Positions 54,437 through 63,463 of a stretch of 64,000 nucleotides of DNA are shown here, piece after piece. How positions within the stretch are numbered: position 1 is the stretch's first letter; each line of letters starts with the position of its first letter. The position numbers and the translations under genes are program-made. The DNA comes from Ignavibacteriota bacterium (GTDB lineage: Bacteria; Bacteroidota; Ignavibacteria; UBA10030), in contig OY969585.1 in assembly GCA_963701295.1 (NCBI GenBank), forward strand, positions 1,504,001 through 1,568,000. The letters are read 5' to 3'. The notes below the pieces were generated by a model. The model was not told the origin of the DNA and searched no databases. It saw only the letters and a list, made by a program, of their open reading frames with translations.

Positions 54437-54904
54437 TTATCTCTTCCTCACATAATCGAGGAAGGAGAATCCAGCATGAAGTTCTTCTTGTATGAGTTGA
54501 AAATGTGTGTAGAGAAATTCCTGATACGGAGGAAAGTATGTATCTCCGTCAACTTCTCTATCAACCAGGGTTAAGCGCAGTTCATCAGCATATGGAAGAG
54601 CATCCGCAAATACCCGCCCTCCTCCAATTGCGAATACTCGCTTTTCATTTTTTAATGCTTGTAAAGCAAAGTCTAATGAGGGATAGGATTTTACGCCGTT
54701 GATGACTTTTGACGTGATTACAATATTAATTCGATTGGGAAGCGGGTTGTCGAGAGAATCAAATGTTCTGCGGCCCATTATGACTGTGTGACCGGTGGTA
54801 AGCTGCTTGAATCGCGCGAGGTCTTCCGGTATATGCCAGGGGAGTTTGCCGTTCTTGCCGATGACTCGGTTGCGGGCTATTGCAGCGATGATGACGAGTT
54901 TCAT
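54437..54904 (-). CDS. folA: Dihydrofolate reductase
   Basis: IAAIARNRVIG..GKLPWHIPEDLARFK, IMGRRTF, LPNR, IGGG, GDTYFP. Confidence 0.96.
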   Translation of the reverse strand: MKLVIIAAIARNRVIGKNGKLPWHIPEDLARFKQLTTGHTVIMGRRTFDSLDNPLPNRINIVITSKVINGVKSYPSLDFALQALKNEKRVFAIGGGRVFADALPYADELRLTLVDREVDGDTYFPPYQEFLYTHFQLIQEELHAGFSFLDYVRKR

Positions 54905-54931
54905 AGCCGGTCTCCTTTTGACCGGAGCAGT

Positions 54932-55861
54932 TTAGTCCTCAACCCATGGTGGGCGTATGCCAAGGAGTTTCATTTTCGCTTCGATTTCTTCCCGCTCGAT
55001 GTTGCGCTTCATCTCTTGTCCAAGAGGGGGAACAAGTCCGTACTCTTCTGCCACTGCTCGCGCGCCGGCTCTATCGCCTGCCTGCACACGTGAAATGATA
55101 GCGATCTCCTGTTTGGAAAGCTCTTCACCACCGAAGAGATAATCCTGAAATGCTTTCCACACCATCGGGCACCACTTACTGACGATCTCATTACCGATTG
55201 TCGCTGCATAGGAGCGAATTTCGTACTGCGCATGTGCTTCCATCCGGAGTGCAAGGAAATGAAGAAGATTGCGGAGGTCGATTTTCCAGTACGCTTCTGT
55301 ATACGTACTGAGCGTTAAATCCTTGCGTGCTTGTTCGCGTGCAATCCCCGCAGCGATGCGTTCGTTGTACACTTTGCGTGTGAATTCCTGCAACTCCGAT
55401 TCTTGCACAGAGAAATATTTTCCTTGCTCTGCTGAGAGAAGTCCGTCGCTTCCTTGCCGGTTTGTTGTACCCTGTGTCCGCCATTCTCCGGGTTTCGTTC
55501 TTTGCACCGCATCGACTGCAAGAGAATAGCGGGTAGAATATTCATTGACATTTGCAGTGCGGTGCCGGATCCATTGGCGCCAGCAATCCATCGGAACGCG
55601 AATGTGTAATTTGATTTCGCACATCTCGAAAGGCGTCGTGTGATGATGACGGAGCAGATACCGGATGAGTGTTTCATCTTCGCGGAGTTTCTTTGTGCCT
55701 TTGCCGTATGAAACACGTGCTGCCTGCACGACGGACGAATCATTTCCCATATAATCGACCACACGCACAAATCCATCATCGAGAACCTTAAAAGGAACTC
55801 CGAGAATCTCATCTATCTCTTTGACAACTGTGCGCTCCAGTTTTTCGACAGTTTGTTCCAT
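54932..55861 (-). CDS. thyX: FAD-dependent thymidylate synthase
   Basis: QAARVSY, HTTPFE, QWIRHRTANVNEYSTRY, AREQAR, HAQYEIR. Confidence 0.95.
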   Translation of the reverse strand: MEQTVEKLERTVVKEIDEILGVPFKVLDDGFVRVVDYMGNDSSVVQAARVSYGKGTKKLREDETLIRYLLRHHHTTPFEMCEIKLHIRVPMDCWRQWIRHRTANVNEYSTRYSLAVDAVQRTKPGEWRTQGTTNRQGSDGLLSAEQGKYFSVQESELQEFTRKVYNERIAAGIAREQARKDLTLSTYTEAYWKIDLRNLLHFLALRMEAHAQYEIRSYAATIGNEIVSKWCPMVWKAFQDYLFGGEELSKQEIAIISRVQAGDRAGARAVAEEYGLVPPLGQEMKRNIEREEIEAKMKLLGIRPPWVED

Positions 55862-55862
55862 T

Positions 55863-56762
55863 CTATAATGCGTAGTTAAGAATTTTAGAAACAAGTTTTG
55901 CCGTTGTCACATCAGCGTGAGGCAGCAGTTTGATGGGTGCCAATTCAACTACATCGAAGCCCACAATGTGCCGTTTGCGGCCGACCCTTCGGATACATTG
56001 CATCACTTCGTCCCAAAAGAGACCATTTGGTTCCGGGGTTCCTGTTGCTGGCATGAGAGATGGATCGAATGCATCGACATCGAATGAGATGTATACGTCA
56101 TCCGTCAATTTTTCTGCAACAAAGTCGTCCCAGTATTTCAAGATTTTGGAGTAGCTGCCCTGGCGTATCTCGTGCGCGTAAAATGTGTGAATACCGTGGT
56201 CACGAATGAACTCCGCTTCCTCTTTGCATTGTGCCCGGATGCCTACTTGTACCAACCGATTCGGATCCAAAAATTCGCATACACGTGCCATCACCGAGGC
56301 GTGGCTGTATTTATTTCCTTTATACTCGGGACGAAGGTCGGAGTGTGCGTCGAATTGCAGGACAGAGAGATTGGGATACAATTTTGCATGTGCTGCAATG
56401 ACAGCGGAAGAGATTGTGTGTTCGCCTCCAAGCGTCACAACAAATTTCTGCCGCTCGACCATATGGAGAACGGTGTCGTACATAAGCTGCAATGCGGCTT
56501 CATCCTTTTTCTTTTCAAGAACAAGCGGGGAAAGCGTGGTGATTCCGTGTTCCTTGTAGATTTCGCGTTTTGTTTCCTCATCGAAAAATTCAACATAGTG
56601 CGATGCCTTCAGGATTGCATCCGGACCTTTCTTGGTTCCGCCGCCGTAACTCACGGTGCGCTCGTACGGTGCCGGCAGCACAACAACCTTTGAAGTCTCA
56701 AACGTGGAATATTGTTTTTCTATACCGAGGAAATTGTGTTTGCTATCAAGTACCTTTACCAT
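55863..56762 (-). CDS. speB: Agmatinase
   Basis: GGEHT, FDAHSDLR, SFDVDAFDP, TGTPEPNG, DVVELAP. Confidence 0.93.
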   Translation of the reverse strand: MVKVLDSKHNFLGIEKQYSTFETSKVVVLPAPYERTVSYGGGTKKGPDAILKASHYVEFFDEETKREIYKEHGITTLSPLVLEKKKDEAALQLMYDTVLHMVERQKFVVTLGGEHTISSAVIAAHAKLYPNLSVLQFDAHSDLRPEYKGNKYSHASVMARVCEFLDPNRLVQVGIRAQCKEEAEFIRDHGIHTFYAHEIRQGSYSKILKYWDDFVAEKLTDDVYISFDVDAFDPSLMPATGTPEPNGLFWDEVMQCIRRVGRKRHIVGFDVVELAPIKLLPHADVTTAKLVSKILNYAL

Positions 56763-56909
56763 AATTCCTTCTCCAAAAAATTGTGTTCCAATATATCTCA
56801 AACCTGATGGAAAAGCAAGCATCTGAGTATGCAGGATCTGAAAAAGTAAGCTTTGAGAAAGCGAACTTGACAAAGAGGGCTTTTGTTCCGATAATAACAA
56901 CACACTCTT

Positions 56910-57432
56910 ATGAAATCATCCATACGACTATATAGTTTTTTTACAGTTCTTGTATCGCTCTGGTGTATTGGAATTCTTGCCGCTCCGCTCCTGAAGCATG
57001 CCGGCTGGACGCAAAGCGCAGATATGCTTTACTCGTTCTTCTCGCGTGTCTGCCACCAAGACGATGCACGTTCCTTCCATGTCGAAGGAGAGAAAATCGG
57101 CGTATGTATTCGCTGTGCTGCTATATATTTTGGATTCCTTTTGGGATTGATTACCTTGCCTTTGTCGCGCGCATTGAAGCGGAAAAAAATTCCTGCAATG
57201 AGATTCTTTCTCCTCGCGGTTCTTCCAATGGTTGTTGATGTCGGTACTGAATGCCACTGGTATTCATGCGAGCACGCCGATAACTCGAGTTATCACTGGT
57301 GCTTTGTTTGGCATGAGCATGCCATGGTTTGTTGTCCCAATTTTTATTGAAGCGTGTCTGCAACTCAATCATCGAAATAAAAACCATTCACCAGATTCCG
57401 GAGTCGTTCCCTATGCTCGAAAAACCCAGTAA
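56910..57432 (+). pseudogene. DUF2085-family membrane protein with a 1-nt frameshift near 57243
   Basis: CHQDDARSF..CIRC motif; removing one G in gtcGgtactg restores LPMVVDVVLNATG...RVITGALFG, which continues in ORF 57232-57432. Confidence 0.8.
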
Positions 57433-57961
57433 ACTACGCGCCGCTCTTCTTGGCGGACTCATTGTCGGCGCTATTTCAGGCCTTCCAGGCCTAAATTTTC
57501 TGAACTGTTGCTGTTGTGCCGGAATTCTTTTCGGCGGGGCAATGTCGGTCTATCTCTATCGTCAGGAATTTACAGATGAAATGCCTCCGATGGAATCTTC
57601 CGATGCGTTGGTTTTGGGAATTATCGCCGGCATTATCGGTGCGCTGATCACAACGTTCCTGAGCGCAATGATTTCTCTCATCCTTGGGCCTGTAGAAACA
57701 GAGATGGTGCGTACCTTTGTAGAGAAATTTGGACAGAAGCTTGAAAATTCTAGATCACTTCCATCAGGCACGATGGATGATCTACGTGACAAATTGGAGT
57801 TGGCAATGAAAGAAGGAGGAACGATCGGCGGTATTCTCCGCTCGCTTGTCTATGCGCTGATTCTCTATCCGATTTTTTCTATGCTTGGTGGGCTGATTGG
57901 ATTTGGAATTTTCGGAAAGAAAAAATCGACGGTTCCACCAATGCCGCCGATGCAACAATGA
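57413..57961 (+). CDS. Membrane protein with a CCCC motif (uncharacterised)
   Basis: Several TM helices; NFLNCCCCAG; GGAG RBS; overlaps the end of the DUF2085 frame. Confidence 0.8.
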   Translation: MLEKPSKLRAALLGGLIVGAISGLPGLNFLNCCCCAGILFGGAMSVYLYRQEFTDEMPPMESSDALVLGIIAGIIGALITTFLSAMISLILGPVETEMVRTFVEKFGQKLENSRSLPSGTMDDLRDKLELAMKEGGTIGGILRSLVYALILYPIFSMLGGLIGFGIFGKKKSTVPPMPPMQQ

Positions 57962-58013
57962 AGCAGTACCGAAACTGTCATCTTGAAATGAAAGTATTTT
58001 TGGTTTTGATAAT

Positions 58014-58101
58014 TATCAACGGCGCAGTCCGATCCCGCGAAGCGGGATCGCGATCGCGTGGAGCTAAAAAACACAACGGACTTATGCACCGTCCGTTAGG
58101 C
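58014..58101. repeat. attC-like imperfect palindrome containing a REP-like hairpin
   Basis: AAC-GGCGCA-GTCCG...CGGAC-TTA-TGCACC-GTCC-GTTAGGC; internal perfect GATCCCGC-GAA-GCGGGATC (58031-58049). Confidence 0.5.
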
Positions 58102-58115
58102 AAAGAAAGGAAAGT

Positions 58116-58553
58116 ATGAGTATTCACATCCCACATCCTCGAATTGGGGAAAGGTCCAAAATAGGTCCTCATCTCACAAAGCATGAGCACGTTGGACTTA
58201 ATGGTCGTATAGCAATGCTAATAACCAATATGGTAAGCACAATGTGGTGTGCTTATCTTTTCGCTATCATAGCTTTGATAAGTCTCCCTGCGGCTATTGC
58301 GGGAGGGACTGCTACCCTCGTGTCCTGGCTTGCCCAGACATTTCTACAATTAGTTCTCCTTTCGGTTATTATGGTGGGACAAAAAGTGGCGGCCCGGGCT
58401 TCTGACAAACAGGCATTACAAACATTTAAAGACACTGAAGCGCTGTTGAAAATTCAGGATGAACTCCACAAATTGATTAAGATTAATAATGAACTTACTG
58501 AAGAAATTCACAGTCTTTTAATAAAAAACAAAAATAATGTTAAATCACCTTAA
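58116..58553 (+). CDS. DUF1003-like membrane protein, cassette-like
   Basis: STMWCAYLF, SWLAQTFLQLVLLSVIMVGQ and coiled-coil tail; starts 14 nt after GTTAGGC. Confidence 0.75.
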   Translation: MSIHIPHPRIGERSKIGPHLTKHEHVGLNGRIAMLITNMVSTMWCAYLFAIIALISLPAAIAGGTATLVSWLAQTFLQLVLLSVIMVGQKVAARASDKQALQTFKDTEALLKIQDELHKLIKINNELTEEIHSLLIKNKNNVKSP

Positions 58554-58729
58554 ACGGCAGTATCTTTACTGATATGCCAAATAATAATGATCAGATCAAT
58601 CGAACGGAAAACTGGAAAAATTATCGAATCCATGTTGATAAAATCGAAACCAGAACTGGTCTTGATTTCTTTTCGAATGGTCCAGCGTCACTACAAGCAG
58701 TGATAGAAGGTGTCACTGACAGTCTGTGA
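58553..58729 (+). pseudogene. C-terminal fragment of a DNA/RNA non-specific endonuclease (NucA type)
   Basis: DMPNNNDQINRTENWKNYRIHVDKIETRTGLDFFSNGPASLQAVIEGVTDSL* resembles the NucA C-terminus; catalytic region absent. Confidence 0.7.
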
Positions 58730-59036
58730 TTTCCGGATTATAGGGGGTAAGTCAATATCCTCCCCAAGAATGCCGATGGTTATTTCTTTGTTTCGATCGA
58801 CCTAAGAATTACAACATGGCGTTGGCGCGCTGTGGTGCATTTTGCTCACATAGGTTTAGCGCAGAATTGAAAGTGAAATGAGTGAACTTGGTTCGTGTAG
58901 TGCAAGTACTATGTCAAATCTCTTGGCGATTAGTCGTTCCAATATTTTATTTATGATTTTTATCGACTATTATTTCGTATAAATGAATATCAGATCATAC
59001 GGAGTTGCAGGATTTGTAAACTCTACCGGAGAAACT

Positions 59037-60617
59037 ATGAAGCTCTATCGACGGAAATGGATTATGTTGTTTTCATTATTATTCGGAATGAATACAGTAC
59101 ACGCGCAGCAGCTACACTACGTGCAGGTGCGTACCGTTAGCGGTGTATTGGAAGGTGTTGTCAGCCCTGACGGAAAAGTACGCACATTCAAGGGTATTCC
59201 TTATGCTGCGCCGCCTGTCGGTCCCTTGCGCTGGAAAGCGCCGCAACCGGCTCCTTCCTGGACTGGTGTCCGGAGAGCTGTGGACTACCCAAAGCGCGCT
59301 ATGCAGGGACGCGTCTTCAATGACATGGTCTTCAACGACGAAGGACCCAGCGAAGACTGCCTGTATCTTAATTTATGGATGCCGGAAAATTATCAGGGCA
59401 AGTTGCCAGTGATGGTCTGGATCCACGGTGGAGGTTTTGTAGCTGGGTCATCTTCCGAACCCCGCCAGGATGCCGGGAATCTGTCAAAGAAGGGCGTACT
59501 AGTAGTCAGCTTGAACTATCGGTTGGGAGTGTTTGGATTCTTCGCGCATCCTGAACTCACCAAAGAATCGGAACACAACGCGTCAGGCAACTATGGACTT
59601 CTGGATCAGGTCGCCGCACTCGAATGGATTAAAAAGAACATCGCCACATTCGGCGGTGATCCTGGCAATGTTACGATCTTCGGCGAATCGGCCGGTTCGT
59701 TATCGGTCAGCGCATTGATGGCATCGCCTCTTGCGCAAGGCCTCTTCAATCGTGCAATCGGGGAGAGCGGAGCATTCTTCGGCATCACACTTCCGCTGAA
59801 GTCGCGCGTTGAAGCTGAAAAGGCAGGCGTTGAATTTGCAGATTTGGCATTCGGGACAGCCTCTCTCGAAGTGTTGCGGGCCATGCCTGCCCAAAAAGTA
59901 CTCGATGCGGCATTGAAAGCGCCATGGGGGTCGTTCTCGCAGGACATCGATGGATACTTCTTGCCGATGGACTGTCGTTCAGTCTACGCAGCAGGCAAGC
60001 AAAGCCACATCCCGCTTTTAGCCGGATGGAATAAAGACGAAGGAAACTTCCAGGCCTTCTTTGCCGGCGATGAGCCGTCCGTCGCCAACTATATCGCGCA
60101 TGCTAAGGCACGGCTCGACAGCAACGCGGAGGCATTTCTGAAAGTCTATCCGGCAGCAACAGATGCAGAGGCAAAGCGGGCAGCGCAAGATTTCGCTGGG
60201 GACAATTTCATCGCCTACTCCACCTGGAAGTGGCTCGAAATGCAACTAAAGACTGGCGAGTCTCCGGTCTTCCGGTACGAGTTCGATCAAACACTTCCAC
60301 TGCCCGCAGATGCTAAACCGGGCGCAGAGCCAACAGCGTCACACTCCTGGGAAATCGAGTTCGTCTTCCAGGTGCTTTCATCGAAGAATTTGCCATGGCG
60401 ACCGGAGGACTATACGGTATCGGAACTAATGTCTTCCTACTGGACTAACTTCGCAAAGACGGGCAATCCGAATGGCCCGGATTTGCCATGGTGGCCGGAG
60501 TACAACAACAATAACGGTTACCAGGTGATGCATCTTGGAGGAGTTACCTCTGGCTCGACCCCAGACAAGTATCGGGACCGCTATGAATTTCTTGAGAACA
60601 TTAGCATGAAACCGTAA
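59037..60617 (+). CDS. Secreted type-B carboxylesterase
   Basis: Signal peptide; FKGIPYAAPPVGPLRW, SEDCLYLN, WIHGGG, FGESAG, SHSWEIEFVF; GGAG RBS. Confidence 0.93.
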   Translation: MKLYRRKWIMLFSLLFGMNTVHAQQLHYVQVRTVSGVLEGVVSPDGKVRTFKGIPYAAPPVGPLRWKAPQPAPSWTGVRRAVDYPKRAMQGRVFNDMVFNDEGPSEDCLYLNLWMPENYQGKLPVMVWIHGGGFVAGSSSEPRQDAGNLSKKGVLVVSLNYRLGVFGFFAHPELTKESEHNASGNYGLLDQVAALEWIKKNIATFGGDPGNVTIFGESAGSLSVSALMASPLAQGLFNRAIGESGAFFGITLPLKSRVEAEKAGVEFADLAFGTASLEVLRAMPAQKVLDAALKAPWGSFSQDIDGYFLPMDCRSVYAAGKQSHIPLLAGWNKDEGNFQAFFAGDEPSVANYIAHAKARLDSNAEAFLKVYPAATDAEAKRAAQDFAGDNFIAYSTWKWLEMQLKTGESPVFRYEFDQTLPLPADAKPGAEPTASHSWEIEFVFQVLSSKNLPWRPEDYTVSELMSSYWTNFAKTGNPNGPDLPWWPEYNNNNGYQVMHLGGVTSGSTPDKYRDRYEFLENISMKP

Positions 60618-60704
60618 AACACAAAACGCTCACTAATCGTCAAGCTTCAAAACTACAGTTAAGATAAAAGTCCCTTACTATCGGAAGGCTTCTGTAGGTG
60701 AGGA

Positions 60705-61245
60705 ATGAAGGTATTATTAGTTATCGATATGCAGGTAGGATCTTTTAAGCCGGAAATGTCGCGTTTTAATGCTGATGTTATTGTTCAGAGGATAAATTCA
60801 TTATTAAATGACTTCCAAAAAAATGGAGATAAGGTAATCTTCATTCAACATGATGGAATGAAGGAAAATTCCTTTCTCCCTGGTACATCTGATTGGAATA
60901 TTTTACCAACTTTAATTAAACGTCCGGACGATATTGTTCTCCGTAAAACGGCCAACATTCATTCTATGATACAGATTTAGAAACCGTATTGAAAAAATAT
61001 GAAATAATGGATTTATTTATTACTGGTTGTGCAACAGATTTTTATGTCGATGCGATAGTACATTCTGCTTTAAACAGGGATTATAATGTCGTCGTTGTTA
61101 AAGATTGCCATACAAGTCCTCATTTGAGTGCTAAAAAAGTGATTCAGCATCATAATTGGCTTTGGGAAAATATGATGCCTACGAATGGGGGAAATAAAAT
61201 TGATTTCATCAAAGGATTTGTTAAAAAAGTAAAACGCCACCTAAC
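60705..61245 (+). pseudogene. Isochorismatase/cysteine hydrolase, frameshifted
   Basis: LLVIDMQ...RKTAN, then a 1-nt loss near 60957 (restoring it gives ANDSFYDTDLETVLKK), continuing ITGCATDFYVD; further decay at the 3' end. Confidence 0.8.
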
Positions 61246-61258
61246 CCGCCGCTCAAAC
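61239..61258 (+). repeat. attC-like left half-site (R''-spacer-L'')
   Basis: ACCTAAC-CCGCC-GCTCAAAC; complementary TAGGTG lies at 60695-60700 just before the gene start. Confidence 0.55.
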
Positions 61259-61323
61259 TCAGCTTTTCCAGAAGGAAGACATTACCAGTATTTGAAATTA
61301 TTAGCGTTACAGAAATAAAAGAA

Positions 61324-62208
61324 TTACTTTCCTGACTCGTTCAAGAGCATCAGCAAAGTTTTCGTGAATTCAAATGACATTTTCAGCGATGCCGGAGAGA
61401 CAAGCTTCGAACGATCCTCAAATGTATGCATGACGCCAAGAACTTTTGGCGTATCGATGGAGTCGGCTTTGTAGCTGTTATGCACAAACTTACTTAAACG
61501 CTCTGAGTCGCCTTTTGGAACGATCGAAATGGCAATATCCTGTAAATTGGATTTTGCAAACGATACCTGATCCGAACCGGGGAACTCCGCGCTTTCGAAG
61601 AAAGGGAACCCTGTTTTTTTTGCCGCTTCATGAACATAGCGGAGAAATGTTCGATTATTATCGCCGACCGGCCCTACATATACTTCCTCACCTGTGCCTT
61701 CAATATCGAGATTTATCATTGCAAAATGACACGCAGGGACGACAAACTGTGTGATATAATAATATGATCCGAGGAGTCCGGCTTCTTCCTGATCGAAGAA
61801 ACAAAAATCCACAGAGTAATTCCACTCCACATCCTGCAACTGTTTAATGAGAGAAAGCAAAACAGCAACGCCACTGCCGTTATCATTGGCGCCCGGAGAA
61901 TCCTCAAACGCATCATAGTGTGCACCGACAACGATCCGCTTTGTCCCTTTTCCGGTCCGAACGATAATATTTTCGCCCTTGATTATTGTTGTATCTTTTT
62001 TATTGACGACAATATGATTAAACGGCGCAGTGACGTACCCAACACCGAGAATATGTAATTGATTTTTGATGAACTCATTGCGTCCTATATGTGTTTTGCC
62101 TTCAATGCCCATAACAGATAATAACAGTTCATCTTCGATCGGCGTCTGAGCAAATATGAGTGAAGATGCGAGTATTGCAACAAAGAATAAAAGACAAGAA
62201 CGTTTCAT
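61324..62208 (-). CDS. M28 family metallopeptidase, exported
   Basis: Signal peptide; GAHYD, GANDNGSG, DQEEAGLLGS, INLD, SDQ, MHT. Confidence 0.9.
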   Translation of the reverse strand: MKRSCLLFFVAILASSLIFAQTPIEDELLLSVMGIEGKTHIGRNEFIKNQLHILGVGYVTAPFNHIVVNKKDTTIIKGENIIVRTGKGTKRIVVGAHYDAFEDSPGANDNGSGVAVLLSLIKQLQDVEWNYSVDFCFFDQEEAGLLGSYYYITQFVVPACHFAMINLDIEGTGEEVYVGPVGDNNRTFLRYVHEAAKKTGFPFFESAEFPGSDQVSFAKSNLQDIAISIVPKGDSERLSKFVHNSYKADSIDTPKVLGVMHTFEDRSKLVSPASLKMSFEFTKTLLMLLNESGK

Positions 62209-62215
62209 AGAATCC

Positions 62216-63448
62216 TCATGTATTTAACCTTATGCGAAATGTTGTTTTGAACCCGGATTTACTCTCTTTGAGAAACAACTTACCGCCGTGATGCGACTCG
62301 ACGATGCGTTTTGATAAACTTAAACCTAAACCCCAACCGCGTTTCTTTGTCGAGAAGCCAGGGCGAAATACGTCGTTGCGATGTTTGAGGTCGATGCCTT
62401 TTCCGGTATCGGAGATATCGATGAAGCTATAGGTACCGTGTTTGGAAATGGAGTAGGCGATCGTTCCCTCGCCGTTTTCAATGGCATCAAGTGCGTTCTT
62501 TGTCAGATTCTCAATGACCCATTCAAATAACTCTCGGTTAATGCGTGCATATATCGGTCCCGGGGAATCAACGACAAGATGAACTTTCTTGCCAAGTTGG
62601 GGAATACGCCGCTGGAAATATTCTGTCACTTTACTGATGACTTCGGTAAGATTCTCTTTATGTAAATCCGGTTTGGAACCGATCTTCGAAAATCGATCAG
62701 CGATTTTTTGGAGACGATAGAGATCGGTCTCCATGTCGAGCAGCGTCCCCATTGCTTTTGTATCTCCGGTCGATTGATCTTTCAACAATTCTACCCAGCC
62801 GAGCATACTCGAAATCGGTGTTCCGAGTTGGTGTGCTGTTTCGCGCGCCATACCAACCCAGATGTTAGATTGCTCGCTTCGTTTGACATAGCTGAAACTG
62901 ATATAGCCGATGAGAATGAAGAGCGCCGCAACTGCAAGTTCAATATAGGGAAGCTGACGGAGCTGAATAATAAGTGTCGATTCGCCATAATGGAGATAAC
63001 TGAGAACGATCGTATCTTGATATGCAACCTTGATGGGCGGGCGAGAGTGGTCCATTTCGGTGATGAGGGCTTTGAGGAATTGGCGTTGTTCTTCCCGTGA
63101 TCGTGTTGAATCCAAAGAGACGTTCTTAATATTGTCCTTGTAAGGATATCCCGGTTCGTCGTTTCGGTCTGTCATTACGACGGGAAAGTCGATGGCATTG
63201 ATGATCTCAGAAAAGAGGAAATTGTAATCACCATCACCTGCTTTGCCGTTCGCAATATATTCATACGATTTGGCATAGAGATCAGCAACTTCTTTTTCTT
63301 TCTTGCTGAGCGCATTCACAAGGTCATGGGTGTACCACAATGTCGCTGCGATGATTGCAAAAGCGAGCACCAACAGGAAAATCTTCAATCTGCCGGAAAG
63401 TGGAATAGAACCGGTCGCAGCAGATTTGATAAGCGATGCTGTTTTCAT
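62216..63448 (-). CDS. Sensor histidine kinase
   Basis: 2 TM; RETAHQLGTP (H-box), ENLTKNALDA, DTGKG, FRPGFSTKKRGWGLGL. Confidence 0.93.
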   Translation of the reverse strand: MKTASLIKSAATGSIPLSGRLKIFLLVLAFAIIAATLWYTHDLVNALSKKEKEVADLYAKSYEYIANGKAGDGDYNFLFSEIINAIDFPVVMTDRNDEPGYPYKDNIKNVSLDSTRSREEQRQFLKALITEMDHSRPPIKVAYQDTIVLSYLHYGESTLIIQLRQLPYIELAVAALFILIGYISFSYVKRSEQSNIWVGMARETAHQLGTPISSMLGWVELLKDQSTGDTKAMGTLLDMETDLYRLQKIADRFSKIGSKPDLHKENLTEVISKVTEYFQRRIPQLGKKVHLVVDSPGPIYARINRELFEWVIENLTKNALDAIENGEGTIAYSISKHGTYSFIDISDTGKGIDLKHRNDVFRPGFSTKKRGWGLGLSLSKRIVESHHGGKLFLKESKSGFKTTFRIRLNT

Positions 63449-63463
63449 ACCAAATAGATAGAG

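Noticed and set aside
53847-54455. Long alternative-frame and antisense ORFs in the track (also 12711-13325, 26131-26781)
   Set aside because: Shadow frames of well-supported genes with no protein-family features
58811-58934. Possible additional long attC (ACAAC...GATTAGT)
   Set aside because: Arms do not pair convincingly; too degenerate to call
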